A stretch of DNA of 64,000 bases, taken from assembly GCA_036170455.1 (NCBI GenBank), contig JAVHPG010000237.1, positions 14,827 through 78,826 on the forward strand, written 5' to 3'. Positions within the stretch are counted from its first letter, which is position 1. The number at the start of each line of letters is the position of its first letter. The translations under genes and the position numbers were made by a program. The notes below the pieces were generated by a model. It was not told where the DNA came from. It saw nothing but the letters and a program-made list of their open reading frames with translations, and searched no databases. Positions 8,684 through 17,818 of this stretch are shown here, piece after piece. The stretch is from Elusimicrobiales bacterium. Its GTDB lineage: Bacteria; Elusimicrobiota; Elusimicrobia; Elusimicrobiales; UBA9959.

Positions 8684-8888
8684 AGTTTTACAGCAATGTC
8701 AGTCTGCAGAGTAGTTTCCGTATCTTACAAGCTGCGCTGGTATCCTTAAACACCTAAGACTACCTCCGGCAGTGATGTCCTTCCCAGATTACATTCGGAA
8801 GGCGCGTTAAGTTCACCCACCTAATAACGGAACTTAGCACAAAGTATCGGGAATATAACAGAAAATTATATTTCGGAGGCTTCGTGTC

Positions 8889-9482
8889 ATGAAAAAGTTC
8901 GTTAAATTGGTTTCCTTTATTTCCTTGGTTTCCCTGTCCGGCCCCGCTTTCGCGAAGACGGGCCCAGTTAATTACGCTTTCTCCCAGCTGCCCCAGGCCT
9001 CTGCACCGGCCAAGATCCAGGCGCCCGCGGTTCCCGCGCCCTCGATCAGCATGCTTACGCCCGGCGGCGTCGGCCTCGTCGACATTACCAGGAACTGTCT
9101 GAAAGACGGCGAGGTAGTTTCCGCGTATCCGGCGATCTATAATAAGATCCACAGCGAAGAGAATTCCCGCATTCTCAACGTGTTCCGCATCATCGATTCC
9201 AGGGGCGTGGAGCGCAGGCTGGAAGTTTATTTCACCGGCGGCGACTGGATGAAGTACGGCCTGGTCTACTTCGTGACCAACGCCGGACAGAACGGCGGCC
9301 AGGTCGGCGCTTATTTCATGAACGACCTGTCCACCCCCGACCGCGAGGAGGGCGCCGTGGCCCCAAATGTGGATCCTTTCGACCATAAGAAGCTCGTCGC
9401 CTATATTTCCTCTGACTTCCTTGATGTGAACGCGAATGTGAAGGCCGGGTTCAGCAGCGCGGCCGTGGCTGCCGCTAACTAA
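8889..9482 (+). CDS. hypothetical secreted protein
   Basis: GGAGG RBS and signal peptide MKKFVKLVSFISLVSLSGPAFA. I recognise no family. Confidence 0.6.
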   Translation: MKKFVKLVSFISLVSLSGPAFAKTGPVNYAFSQLPQASAPAKIQAPAVPAPSISMLTPGGVGLVDITRNCLKDGEVVSAYPAIYNKIHSEENSRILNVFRIIDSRGVERRLEVYFTGGDWMKYGLVYFVTNAGQNGGQVGAYFMNDLSTPDREEGAVAPNVDPFDHKKLVAYISSDFLDVNANVKAGFSSAAVAAAN

Positions 9483-9509
9483 GTCCGGGCAGAATCCTTT
9501 TCAGGGCTT

Positions 9510-9531
9510 GAGGCCGCCGCAAGGCGGCCTC
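9510..9531 (+). terminator. GC hairpin with GNRA loop after the hypothetical gene
   Basis: GAGGCCGCC-GCAA-GGCGGCCTC. The T tract is weak (CGTAGTTTG). Confidence 0.4.
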
Positions 9532-9575
9532 CGTAGTTTGAGGAGTAAATCGCCGGGTTCCGCTCCTCTTTTCTT

Positions 9576-9614
9576 TTTACCCACAATTTACACCGCCTTC
9601 ACCCGGCCTTTAAC
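9576..9614 (+). promoter_or_regulatory. four direct hexamer repeats at an exact 11-bp period (candidate Pho box array) upstream of the porin gene
   Basis: TTTACC (9576), TTTACA (9587), TTCACC (9598) and TTTAAC (9609). A TAAACT -10-like hexamer follows at 9624-9629. Confidence 0.5.
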
Positions 9615-9635
9615 CGGTTTTTCTAAACTTTAGTT

Positions 9636-10913
9636 ATGAAACTAAAGAACACACTGTTAGCCCTGTTGTTCCTCGCGGCGGCCCTGCCCGCCCGCGCCGG
9701 AGAGCTGGATATCCTGCTCGACCGGCTTGTGGAAAAGAACGTGATCGATCCGGGCGAAGCCCAGGAGATAAGGGTAGAGACTCAGGAAGAAGTTAAAAAA
9801 GAGATCTCCCAGCAGCGCAATACCACCCTGCCGATGTGGATACAGACCATGAAGCTGCGCGGCGACGTGCGCCTGCGCTACCAGTTCAACGACAATAAGA
9901 ACAAGCTCTATAACCAGCACAGGGGCCGCTACCGCCTGCGCTTATTCGTGGACGCGAAGGTAAACGAGAAGGTGTATACCGGCTTCGGCTTCGCCAGCGG
10001 CTCCAGCGCCGACCCGCGCTCCACCAACCAGACCTTCGGCGACAATTTCGGCAAGAAGAACCTGTATATCGACTATGTCTTCGCCGAGTACAACGCCAAT
10101 GACTACCTGGCCCTCACCGCCGGGCGCACCAAGAACCCGCTGTGGATGACCAACGACATGCTCTGGGATAGCGATGTCAATATGGAAGGGCTGAGCGCCA
10201 GGCTGAACCTCCCTATCAACTACAACTGGCAGCTGTTCACCAATGCCGGTTTCATGGTTCTCAACGAAAGCGCTAGCGACCCGCAGGACCCGTATATGCT
10301 TTTCGCCCAGCCCGGCCTGAGCTGGCACGATTCCGCAGGGATCTACGACTTCAAAATCGGAGCCGTGGTTTACGCCTTCCGTCACCAGAAGCATTCGTCC
10401 GTGCTCAGCCACCGGCCCTCCACGGGGGATGGTTATCAGCAGGCCAACACCCTGGCCGGGGGGAAATATAAATACGGTTACGACGCTATAACTCCGGAGT
10501 TCGAATTCAACGCCAATATCCTGGAGCCGGTAACGATGCCGGTACTGGGGCTTTTCGGCTATGAAGTCACCTATGCCGGGCTCTTCGGCAGCCAGGTTAA
10601 GGCCCTGGGCCACGGCAAGGACAGCGCAGGCTGGCTGGCGGGCGTTAAGCTCGGTCAGCGCAAGGTGGAGGACGCCGGGCAATGGCAGCTCCGCTGGTCG
10701 CTGCGCAGGCTGGAGAAGAACGCCTGGCTGGATAACTACCCGGATTCGGATTTTTACGGCGGTTCCGTAGGCGTGAAGGGCAGCGAAGTGCTGCTGACGC
10801 TGGGCCTGATGCGCGATTTCGCCCTGGACCTGGACTATTACCGCACCGCCCCTATCGGGGGCAGCCTGAAAAGCGAAAGACTGTTCCAGGCTGACATCAA
10901 CCTGAAGTTTTAA
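9636..10913 (+). CDS. outer-membrane porin (putative-porin family), probably phosphate/anion related by context
   Basis: Signal peptide ending ARA-GE, an N-terminal charged helical segment, alternating beta-strand-like sequence, and a C-terminal Phe (DINLKF). It lies 23 nt upstream of pstS. Confidence 0.7.
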   Translation: MKLKNTLLALLFLAAALPARAGELDILLDRLVEKNVIDPGEAQEIRVETQEEVKKEISQQRNTTLPMWIQTMKLRGDVRLRYQFNDNKNKLYNQHRGRYRLRLFVDAKVNEKVYTGFGFASGSSADPRSTNQTFGDNFGKKNLYIDYVFAEYNANDYLALTAGRTKNPLWMTNDMLWDSDVNMEGLSARLNLPINYNWQLFTNAGFMVLNESASDPQDPYMLFAQPGLSWHDSAGIYDFKIGAVVYAFRHQKHSSVLSHRPSTGDGYQQANTLAGGKYKYGYDAITPEFEFNANILEPVTMPVLGLFGYEVTYAGLFGSQVKALGHGKDSAGWLAGVKLGQRKVEDAGQWQLRWSLRRLEKNAWLDNYPDSDFYGGSVGVKGSEVLLTLGLMRDFALDLDYYRTAPIGGSLKSERLFQADINLKF

Positions 10914-10936
10914 GTAAGCTAACGAGGAGAAAATAT

Positions 10937-11737
10937 ATGAAAAAAATACTTATAGCGGTCGCGGCTTTAGGCCTGGCCATCCCGGCTTTCGCCGGGAAAG
11001 CGGTAATGGAAGGCTCTACCACGGTCCTGCCCATAGCGCAGAAAGCGGCCGAGGTCTTCATGAACAACAACCCGGGAGAGGAGATCTCGGTGCGCGGCGG
11101 CGGCTCCGGCGTGGGCATAGCCTCCATCATCGACGGCACCTGCGATATAGCCGACGCCTCCCGCGCCATAAAGCCGGCCGAGCTGGAGAAAGCCGCGAAG
11201 AAGGGCCGCAACCTGAAGGCGCACGTGATAGCCATGGACGGCATCTCGCATATCGTGCACCCGTCGAATACTATTACCGGCCTGACCCGCGAGCAGATAA
11301 AGAAAATGTACACCACGCGCGCCGGGAACTGGAAAGAGTTCGGCGGCCCCGACCTGAAGATAGTGGTGGTCTCCCGCGACAGCGCGAGCGGCACTTTCGA
11401 GGCTTTCAGCGAGCTGGTGCTGGATAAGAAAAGGGTGCGCCCCGACGCCATCATGCAGGCTTCCAACCAGGGCATAGCTTCCATAGTGGCCCGCACCCCC
11501 GGCGCCATCGGTTATGTGGGCCTCGGTTACATCACTTCCTCCGTGAAAGCAATCGCCGTGGAGGGAATTATGCCTACCAAGGAGAGCGTGCTCAGGAATA
11601 AATATCCTGTTACCAGGCCGCTGTTCATGTACACTAACGGCAAGCCCGAAGGCACTATAAAGAAGTTCATAGACTTCCTGAAGGGTCCCGAGGGCCAGAA
11701 GATAGTCAACGAAGAGGGTTTCGTCGGCTTGAAATAG
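10937..11737 (+). CDS. pstS: phosphate ABC transporter substrate-binding protein
   Basis: AGGAGA RBS and a signal peptide. PstS-type PBP motifs GSTTVLP, RGGGSGVGI and DIADASR. Confidence 0.9.
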   Translation: MKKILIAVAALGLAIPAFAGKAVMEGSTTVLPIAQKAAEVFMNNNPGEEISVRGGGSGVGIASIIDGTCDIADASRAIKPAELEKAAKKGRNLKAHVIAMDGISHIVHPSNTITGLTREQIKKMYTTRAGNWKEFGGPDLKIVVVSRDSASGTFEAFSELVLDKKRVRPDAIMQASNQGIASIVARTPGAIGYVGLGYITSSVKAIAVEGIMPTKESVLRNKYPVTRPLFMYTNGKPEGTIKKFIDFLKGPEGQKIVNEEGFVGLK

Positions 11738-11766
11738 CGGCTGTTTCAAGAAGAGCCTTCTTGGTG

Positions 11767-11801
11767 CCCCGCGCATCTCCCGGTTCCCGGAGAGCGCGGG
11801 G
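11767..11801 (+). terminator. strong GC hairpin between pstS and pstC (attenuator/partial terminator candidate)
   Basis: CCCCGCGC(A)TCTCC pairs with GGAGAGCGCGGGG, giving 13 bp with one bulge. There is no clean T tract. Confidence 0.45.
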
Positions 11802-11802
11802 C

Positions 11803-11851
11803 TTTACATACATTTTACACGCCTTTTATTTCGCCTTCACACGGTTATAAT
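11803..11851 (+). promoter_or_regulatory. second array of four 11-bp-periodic hexamer repeats (candidate Pho boxes) plus TATAAT, upstream of pstC
   Basis: TTTACA (11803), TTTACA (11814), TTTATT (11825) and TTCACA (11836), then TATAAT at 11846-11851. Confidence 0.5.
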
Positions 11852-11863
11852 AAACTATAGGGG

Positions 11864-12748
11864 ATGAATAAGAGGAAAGAGCGGCTGATAAAGTACCTGT
11901 TCACGGCGCTGGCTTTTTCCTCGCTGGTGTTCCTTGTCGGGATAGTGTTCGTGCTTTTCAAGGAAGCCCTGCCGATCTTCGGAAAGGTCAGCGTCAAGTC
12001 TTTTCTTCTCGGGGAAAGCTGGTATCCCACTTCCGAACCGGCGGAATTCGGCATACTCCCGCTTATCCTGGCCTCGCTTTGGGTCACCCTGGGGGCGCTG
12101 GTGATCTGCGTACCGCTGGGCGTGGGCAGCGCGCTTTACCTGCACGAACTGGCCGGGCCCCGGCAGCGCGCGGTGCTGAAGCCGGTGATAGAGATCCTCG
12201 CTTCGGTCCCCTCCATAGTCTACGGCTTTTTCGGCATGGTCATCCTGGCGCCTTTCCTCCAGGACACTTTCGCCCTCCCCATAGGCCTTTGCGCGCTGAC
12301 CACCAGCATCATACTCGGGGTGATGGCGACGCCCACCGTGGCGAGCATAGCGGAAGACGCGCTGAGCTACGTGCCCAGGTCTTTCCGGGAGGCGTCCTTC
12401 GCCGTAGGGGCCGACCGCTGGCAGACGCTCACGAAAGTTATAATCCCGGCCGCGGGTTCCGGCATTTCCACCGCCATTATACTCGGCATGAGCCGCGCGA
12501 TAGGCGAGACTATGACCGTGCTTATGGTGGCGGGCGGCTCGGCCGTGATCCCGCATTCGGTCTTCGACCCGGTGCGCCCGATGACCGCGGCCATAGCCGC
12601 GGAGATGGGCGAAGCGCCCGTCGGGAGCGACCATTACCACGCCCTGTTCGCCATAGCGCTGATACTTTTCCTGATAACTTTCGTTTTCAATATCGCCGCC
12701 GAGCTTATCAGCCGCAGGTTCAGGCTGAAACTGGGGCTTTCAAGATGA
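11864..12748 (+). CDS. pstC: phosphate ABC transporter permease PstC
   Basis: Six TM segments and the permease loop EASFAVGADRWQTLTKVIIPAA. Confidence 0.9.
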   Translation: MNKRKERLIKYLFTALAFSSLVFLVGIVFVLFKEALPIFGKVSVKSFLLGESWYPTSEPAEFGILPLILASLWVTLGALVICVPLGVGSALYLHELAGPRQRAVLKPVIEILASVPSIVYGFFGMVILAPFLQDTFALPIGLCALTTSIILGVMATPTVASIAEDALSYVPRSFREASFAVGADRWQTLTKVIIPAAGSGISTAIILGMSRAIGETMTVLMVAGGSAVIPHSVFDPVRPMTAAIAAEMGEAPVGSDHYHALFAIALILFLITFVFNIAAELISRRFRLKLGLSR

Positions 12749-13599
12749 AGCGCCGCGATATGATTCAGAAGCTCGGCTTCTCCGCCCTGTTCGCCTGCAT
12801 GGCGGCCAATGTGCTGTTCCTGGGCGGGATAATATTTTTTATAGCCGCTCGCGGCCTCGGCTCCATCAACTGGGCTTTCCTGACCCAGGCCCCACGCGAT
12901 TCAATGACGGCCGGCGGCGTGGCTCCCGCTATAGTCGGAACTTTTTACCTGACGCTCGGCGCTATAATCTTCGCCCTTCCACTCGGCGTCGCCTGCGCGA
13001 TCTATCTCACCGAGTATTCCCCTAAAGGCTGGATAGTCAACCTGCTGCGCATAAGCATCAATAACCTGGCCGGCGTCCCCTCGGTTGTGTTCGGCCTGTT
13101 CGGGCTGACCGTATTCGTCAAATATATGGGCTTCGGCGTTTCTATAGTGTCCGGCTCCCTGACCCTGGGGATCCTGGCCCTGCCGGTGATAATTTCGGCC
13201 TCGCAGGAAGCGCTGATAGCCGTGCCGCAGTCCATCAGGGAAGCTTCGCTCGCGCTGGGCGCCAGCCAGTGGGAAACCATACGCAAAGTAGTGCTGCCCG
13301 CCGCGCTGCCCGGCATACTCACGGGCGTGATCCTGAGCGTGGGCCGCGTGGCCGGCGAGACCGCGCCGATACTTTTTACGGCCGCCGCTTTTTACGTGAA
13401 GGGCTACCCGCATTCGCCCTTCTCCGAAGTAATGGCCCTGCCTTACCATATCTACGCGCTTATGACCGAGGGCACCCACCCTGAAGAGCAGACCGCGATA
13501 GCCTACGGCTCCAGCCTGCTGCTGCTCGGCCTGGTGCTGTCGGTCTCGATGCTGGCCATCTACATAAGGGCCAGGCAAAGGAAAACCTACCATGCATAA
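12745..13599 (+). CDS. pstA: phosphate ABC transporter permease PstA
   Basis: ATGA overlap with the pstC stop. Starts [12 protein letters not shown]. Permease loop [26 protein letters not shown]. The ORF-track start at 12079 is an out-of-context extension. Confidence 0.9.
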   Translation: MKRRDMIQKLGFSALFACMAANVLFLGGIIFFIAARGLGSINWAFLTQAPRDSMTAGGVAPAIVGTFYLTLGAIIFALPLGVACAIYLTEYSPKGWIVNLLRISINNLAGVPSVVFGLFGLTVFVKYMGFGVSIVSGSLTLGILALPVIISASQEALIAVPQSIREASLALGASQWETIRKVVLPAALPGILTGVILSVGRVAGETAPILFTAAAFYVKGYPHSPFSEVMALPYHIYALMTEGTHPEEQTAIAYGSSLLLLGLVLSVSMLAIYIRARQRKTYHA

Positions 13600-14461
13600 T
13601 GTAGACTATGAAGCGCAGTTGGGGACGGAGGGGTTCCACCCTCCGCTGGTTAAAAGCCCGGTGGCGGTGAATGTTAATTCAATGGGCGAGGCCGATCTGT
13701 TCGGCTTAGAACCCAAGATAAGCGCCCGCAAAGTTAACTTCTATTACGGCACGAAGCGCGCGCTGAACAACATAACCATAGATTTCAGCCCCCGCCGGGT
13801 AACGGCTATCATCGGGCCGTCGGGCTGCGGCAAGTCCACTTTCATCCGCCTGTTGAACAGGATGAACGAACTGGTGCCCGGCAGCCGCCTGGAGGGGGAG
13901 ATCCTGCTGGACGGGCTGGACATACTTTCACCGGCCTGCGACGCGGCGGAGCTGCGCAAGCGGGTGGGGATGGTCTTCCAGAAGCCGAATCCGTTCCCGA
14001 AGACCGTCTTCGAGAATATCGCCTATGGCCTCGAGGTCAACGGGGTGACGGACAAACATCTTATAGAGGAAAAAGTAGTCGATTCCCTCAAGAAAGCCGC
14101 GCTTTGGGACGAGATAAAAGACCGCCTTAACGACAGCGCGCTCGGGCTTTCCGGCGGGCAGCAGCAGCGCCTCTGCATAGCCAGGTGCCTGGCGGTCTCA
14201 CCGGAGGTCATACTTTTCGACGAGCCCTGCGCCAGCCTCGACCCCATCTCCACCGCCAAGATAGAAGAACTGATACTGACGCTGAAAAAGGAATACACCA
14301 TAGTGATAGTGACGCATAATATGCAGCAGGCGGCGCGCGTTTCGGACCTCACCGCTTTTTTCCTGATGGGCGACCTGATAGAGACGGGCAGGACGGAGAA
14401 GATCTTCAAGGCCCCGCGGGACAAAAGGACGGAAGACTATATTACCGGCAGATTCGGCTAG
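13592..14461 (+). CDS. pstB: phosphate ABC transporter ATP-binding protein PstB
   Basis: Walker [10 protein letters not shown], signature LSGGQQQRL, Walker B ILFDEP. The start is uncertain: 13592 overlaps pstA by 8 nt and has an AGGA upstream, while the internal ATG at 13682 would give a more typical length. Confidence 0.9.
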   Translation: MHNVDYEAQLGTEGFHPPLVKSPVAVNVNSMGEADLFGLEPKISARKVNFYYGTKRALNNITIDFSPRRVTAIIGPSGCGKSTFIRLLNRMNELVPGSRLEGEILLDGLDILSPACDAAELRKRVGMVFQKPNPFPKTVFENIAYGLEVNGVTDKHLIEEKVVDSLKKAALWDEIKDRLNDSALGLSGGQQQRLCIARCLAVSPEVILFDEPCASLDPISTAKIEELILTLKKEYTIVIVTHNMQQAARVSDLTAFFLMGDLIETGRTEKIFKAPRDKRTEDYITGRFG

Positions 14462-14470
14462 GAGAAGACC

Positions 14471-15139
14471 ATGCAAAGACATTTCGACGAAGAACTGCAG
14501 CAGCTTAAGAACGACATCCTTAAAATGGGGGCCATGGCCCGGGAGGCCATAATAAAATCCGTGGATTCGCTTAAGAACCGCGACAGGGCCGCCGCGCAGA
14601 GGGTCATAGATGCCGACGTGGAGATGGACCGGCTGGAGCTGGTCATCGACGAGAAATGCCTGGACCTGATCGCTCTGCACCAGCCGATGGCGAAAGACCT
14701 GCGCTTTATAACCACGGCAATAAAGCTGAACGCCGAACTGGAGCGCATCGGCGACCTGGCGGTGGACGTAGCTCAGCGCGCGCTGGCTATTTCCGATAAG
14801 CCGCTGCTGAAGCCCCTCGTGGATATCCCGAAGCTGGCCGAAGTGGCCCAGCGTATGATAGGCGGCGCGATAGAGTCATTTATCAAGGGGGATACAATCC
14901 TGGCGAAAAAAATAGTGCTTTCTGATACGGAAGCCGACGAGCTTAAGCGGGGCGTTGAAAAAGAGCTGATCAACGACTACATGATGAAAGACGGCTCGAC
15001 CGCGGACAGGGCTGTGCCTCTGCTCCTGGTCGCAAGGCACCTGGAGCGCGTCTGCGACCACGCGGTGAGCATGGCCGAAGATATCATCTACATGGTTTCC
15101 GCCGTGGTGGTCCGTCATCACCCCGAAGAATTAAAATAA
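14471..15139 (+). CDS. phoU: phosphate signalling/transport regulator PhoU
   Basis: Two PhoU repeats with ELERIGDLAVDVA and HLERVCDHAVSMAEDI. Confidence 0.9.
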   Translation: MQRHFDEELQQLKNDILKMGAMAREAIIKSVDSLKNRDRAAAQRVIDADVEMDRLELVIDEKCLDLIALHQPMAKDLRFITTAIKLNAELERIGDLAVDVAQRALAISDKPLLKPLVDIPKLAEVAQRMIGGAIESFIKGDTILAKKIVLSDTEADELKRGVEKELINDYMMKDGSTADRAVPLLLVARHLERVCDHAVSMAEDIIYMVSAVVVRHHPEELK

Positions 15140-15181
15140 GTATAATTAAAGTGCCGACAACTAATTAATTCAGGAGAAAAC

Positions 15182-15808
15182 ATGTCAATTAATTTCATGC
15201 CGAAAGAAGTTAAGTTTTTCGACTACCTCAATTTGCAGGCCGAGAACCTGGTTAAGGCCTCGGCCTATTTTAAATCCATCCTTAAGAACGGCGTGCTTGA
15301 CGAAGCCGCCGCCAAGCAGATCCACGACTTCGAGCACGAGGGCGATACGCTGTCCCACGAGATCACCGACATGCTCAACCGCACTTTCATCACCCCCATC
15401 GACCGCGAGGACATCTACGCGCTGGCCAACCAGCTCGACGACGTCCTAGACATGCTTAACGCGATGGCCGGCCGCATGCGGCTCTACAAACTGGACCCGG
15501 GCAATGAGTATTTCTCGCAGTTCATCGACCTGATCGACCAGTCCTCGGTGGCCCTTTCCAAAGCCGTGAACCATATGCACGATACCAAGCGCGCCCGCCG
15601 CGTGCTGGACCACTGCATCGAGATCAACCGTCTGGAGAACATGGGCGACCAGGTGCGCGAGAAGGCTATCGGCCACCTGTTCGAGACCGAGAAAGACCCT
15701 ATTATGGTCATAAAGTGGAAAGAAATGTACGAAGTGGCGGAATCCACGCTGGATAAATGCGAGCACGTGGCGAAAGTTATAGAGGGGATACTGGTGAAAC
15801 ATGGATAA
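15182..15808 (+). CDS. DUF47-family (PhoU-like) Pit accessory protein
   Basis: FEHEGDTLSHEI and RLENMGDQV motifs. Overlaps the following pit gene by 8 nt, which is the usual DUF47-Pit pairing. Confidence 0.8.
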   Translation: MSINFMPKEVKFFDYLNLQAENLVKASAYFKSILKNGVLDEAAAKQIHDFEHEGDTLSHEITDMLNRTFITPIDREDIYALANQLDDVLDMLNAMAGRMRLYKLDPGNEYFSQFIDLIDQSSVALSKAVNHMHDTKRARRVLDHCIEINRLENMGDQVREKAIGHLFETEKDPIMVIKWKEMYEVAESTLDKCEHVAKVIEGILVKHG

Positions 15809-16799
15809 CATGCTGATAGCCATAATCTTCCTGGTGGGGCTGGCGCTGTTCTTCGACTTCCTGAACGGCTTCCACGACGCCGCCAACTCGATAGCCACCA
15901 TAGTCGCCACCCGCGTACTTTCGCCGAGGTACGCGGTGATCTGGGCGGCATTCTTCAACTTCATCGCTTTCGCCATCTTCGGCCTGCACGTGGCCGGAAC
16001 CATAGGCAAAGGCATAGTCGACATCGCTCAGGTGGACAGCTATATCATCTTCGGCACTCTGATCGGCGCCTGCTCCTGGAATATTATCACCTGGTATTTC
16101 GGCATCCCGTCCAGCTCCTCCCACGCGCTGGTGGGCGGGCTGATCGGCTCGGCGCTGGTGAAAGCCGGTCCGACGGCGCTTATTATGAAAGGCATAATCA
16201 AGACGCTGATCTTTATCGTCGTTTCTCCTGTGGTAGGGATGCTGCTGGGGCTGGTCCTGGGGGTTATAGTTTATAACCTCGCTTCCCGCTCCACTCCGAC
16301 CAATGTCGACCACTTGTTCCGCAAGGGGCAGCTGGTGAGCGCGGCGGCCTACAGCCTGGGCCACGGCGGAAATGACGCCCAGAAGACCATGGGCATAATC
16401 TCCGGGCTGCTTTTCAGCGCCGGCTACCTGGGCACTGAATTCCGCGTCCCGCTGTGGGTAGTGCTCTCCTGCCACGGCGCCATAGCCCTGGGCACGATGT
16501 CGGGCGGCTGGCGCATAGTGAAGACCATGGGCAATAAGCTTTCGAAGCTGCGCCCCGTGGACGGTTTCTGTGCCGAGCTCGGCGCCTCGATCGTGCTGTT
16601 CGGCGCCTCGGCCATAGGCGTGCCGATAAGCACCACGCATACCATCACCGGCGCCATAGTCGGTATCGGCTCCCTCAAGGGGGCGCGCGCGGTAAAATGG
16701 GGCGTGGCCGGAAATATAGTCTGGGCCTGGATAATCACGATCCCCGCCGCGGCGCTGATTTCGGCGGCCTTTTATAAAATAGGGGTTATGGCGTTCTAA
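15801..16799 (+). CDS. pit: inorganic phosphate transporter, PiT family
   Basis: Duplicated PHO4 signatures GFHDAANSIAT and GGNDAQKTMGII. About 10 TM segments. Confidence 0.9.
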   Translation: MDNMLIAIIFLVGLALFFDFLNGFHDAANSIATIVATRVLSPRYAVIWAAFFNFIAFAIFGLHVAGTIGKGIVDIAQVDSYIIFGTLIGACSWNIITWYFGIPSSSSHALVGGLIGSALVKAGPTALIMKGIIKTLIFIVVSPVVGMLLGLVLGVIVYNLASRSTPTNVDHLFRKGQLVSAAAYSLGHGGNDAQKTMGIISGLLFSAGYLGTEFRVPLWVVLSCHGAIALGTMSGGWRIVKTMGNKLSKLRPVDGFCAELGASIVLFGASAIGVPISTTHTITGAIVGIGSLKGARAVKWGVAGNIVWAWIITIPAAALISAAFYKIGVMAF

Positions 16800-16827
16800 G
16801 AGCGGCTAAGAACCTGGATCTCACGGT

Positions 16828-16862
16828 CCGCCCGGGCAGTTCAGCCGGGCGGGCTTTTTTTT
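16828..16862 (+). terminator. intrinsic terminator after pit
   Basis: CCGCCCGG stem (8 bp), a 9-nt loop, then GC followed by T8. Confidence 0.7.
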
Positions 16863-16950
16863 CCGTTTTAAATAAACGCGCCTACTTTTGTATTATAATT
16901 ATAATAGTTCACTCTTTGACTGTTAGCAGCCCTATAGCGAGGATAAAACG

Positions 16951-17814
16951 ATGAGCTCAGAGATCGCTTTGCAGATAAAATGCCCCGCCTGCCAGAAGAG
17001 CCTGATGGACCGGAGGCACAAGCTGGACGGGCACCCCAGCATAGCGCTTACCGTAAAGTTGAAAGGGAAAAAAGGCTGGATGCGCCTCTCCCCGCTCTAC
17101 GGCAGCTATGCCCTGGAATCCGAATTCGAGCTGGCCGCCGGCTCCGTCCCGAAGATCTACTGCCCCAAGTGCGAGGCCGAGCTGGTCGGCAAGTCCCTCT
17201 GCGATAAATGCCGCGCGCCCATGGTCCCGCTGCTGCTGCGCGAGGGCGGCAAGGTCCGCATCTGCTCGCGCAAGGGCTGCAAGAAGCATTTCCTTGAGTT
17301 CGAGGACGTAGGCGAAGCCCTGGCTAAATTCTACGATTCCTACGCCGCGGACAATATCTCCGATCCGGACCCGAAGAAAGCGGCACCCGCCGGGAACGAG
17401 GCGGAGTCCGACAAAGAGATCATCGCCAGCGGCTCCTACCTCCAGGCCTACTGCCCGCATTGCAGCCGGAGCATGACTACCGAGGGCTCGCTGCTGCTGG
17501 GCGTCACCGGCCGCGACGGGAAGAAGGGGGAACTGCACCTCTCTCCCTATCTCAATGTCTTCACCAACCGCTCCACGATAACTATCCCGCACGGCGAGGA
17601 GGTCAAAGACCTGACCTGCACGCACTGCAAGCATTCCCTGATAGAGCCGAAAACCAAATGCGGCCGCTGCAAGGCCAGGGTCGCCAGGATAGACCTGGAC
17701 GCGATGCACAAGATGGTCTCCTTTTTTATCTGTATGCGCAAAGGCTGCACGTGGCACGGCCTGTCGGATAAGGACACCGAGATGATAATGCTCGAAGACA
17801 GCAAGGAATGGTGA
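16951..17814 (+). CDS. Cys-rich protein made of two copies of an 8-Cys/1-His module (family not recognised)
   Basis: GAGGA RBS. Cys at 11, 14, 71, 74, 84, 87, 105, 110 with His113, and at 168, 171, 223, 226, 237, 240, 261, 266 with His269. Both halves share G(E/W)(L/M)xLSP. Confidence 0.7.
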   Translation: MSSEIALQIKCPACQKSLMDRRHKLDGHPSIALTVKLKGKKGWMRLSPLYGSYALESEFELAAGSVPKIYCPKCEAELVGKSLCDKCRAPMVPLLLREGGKVRICSRKGCKKHFLEFEDVGEALAKFYDSYAADNISDPDPKKAAPAGNEAESDKEIIASGSYLQAYCPHCSRSMTTEGSLLLGVTGRDGKKGELHLSPYLNVFTNRSTITIPHGEEVKDLTCTHCKHSLIEPKTKCGRCKARVARIDLDAMHKMVSFFICMRKGCTWHGLSDKDTEMIMLEDSKEW

Positions 17815-17818
17815 AACA

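Noticed and set aside
12079-12744. N-terminal 222-codon extension of the pstA ORF in the track (12079..13599).
   Set aside because: The extension overlaps pstC out of frame and translates to Arg/Gly/Pro-rich nonsense. The real PstA sequence begins at MKRRDMIQ, with an ATGA overlap on the pstC stop.
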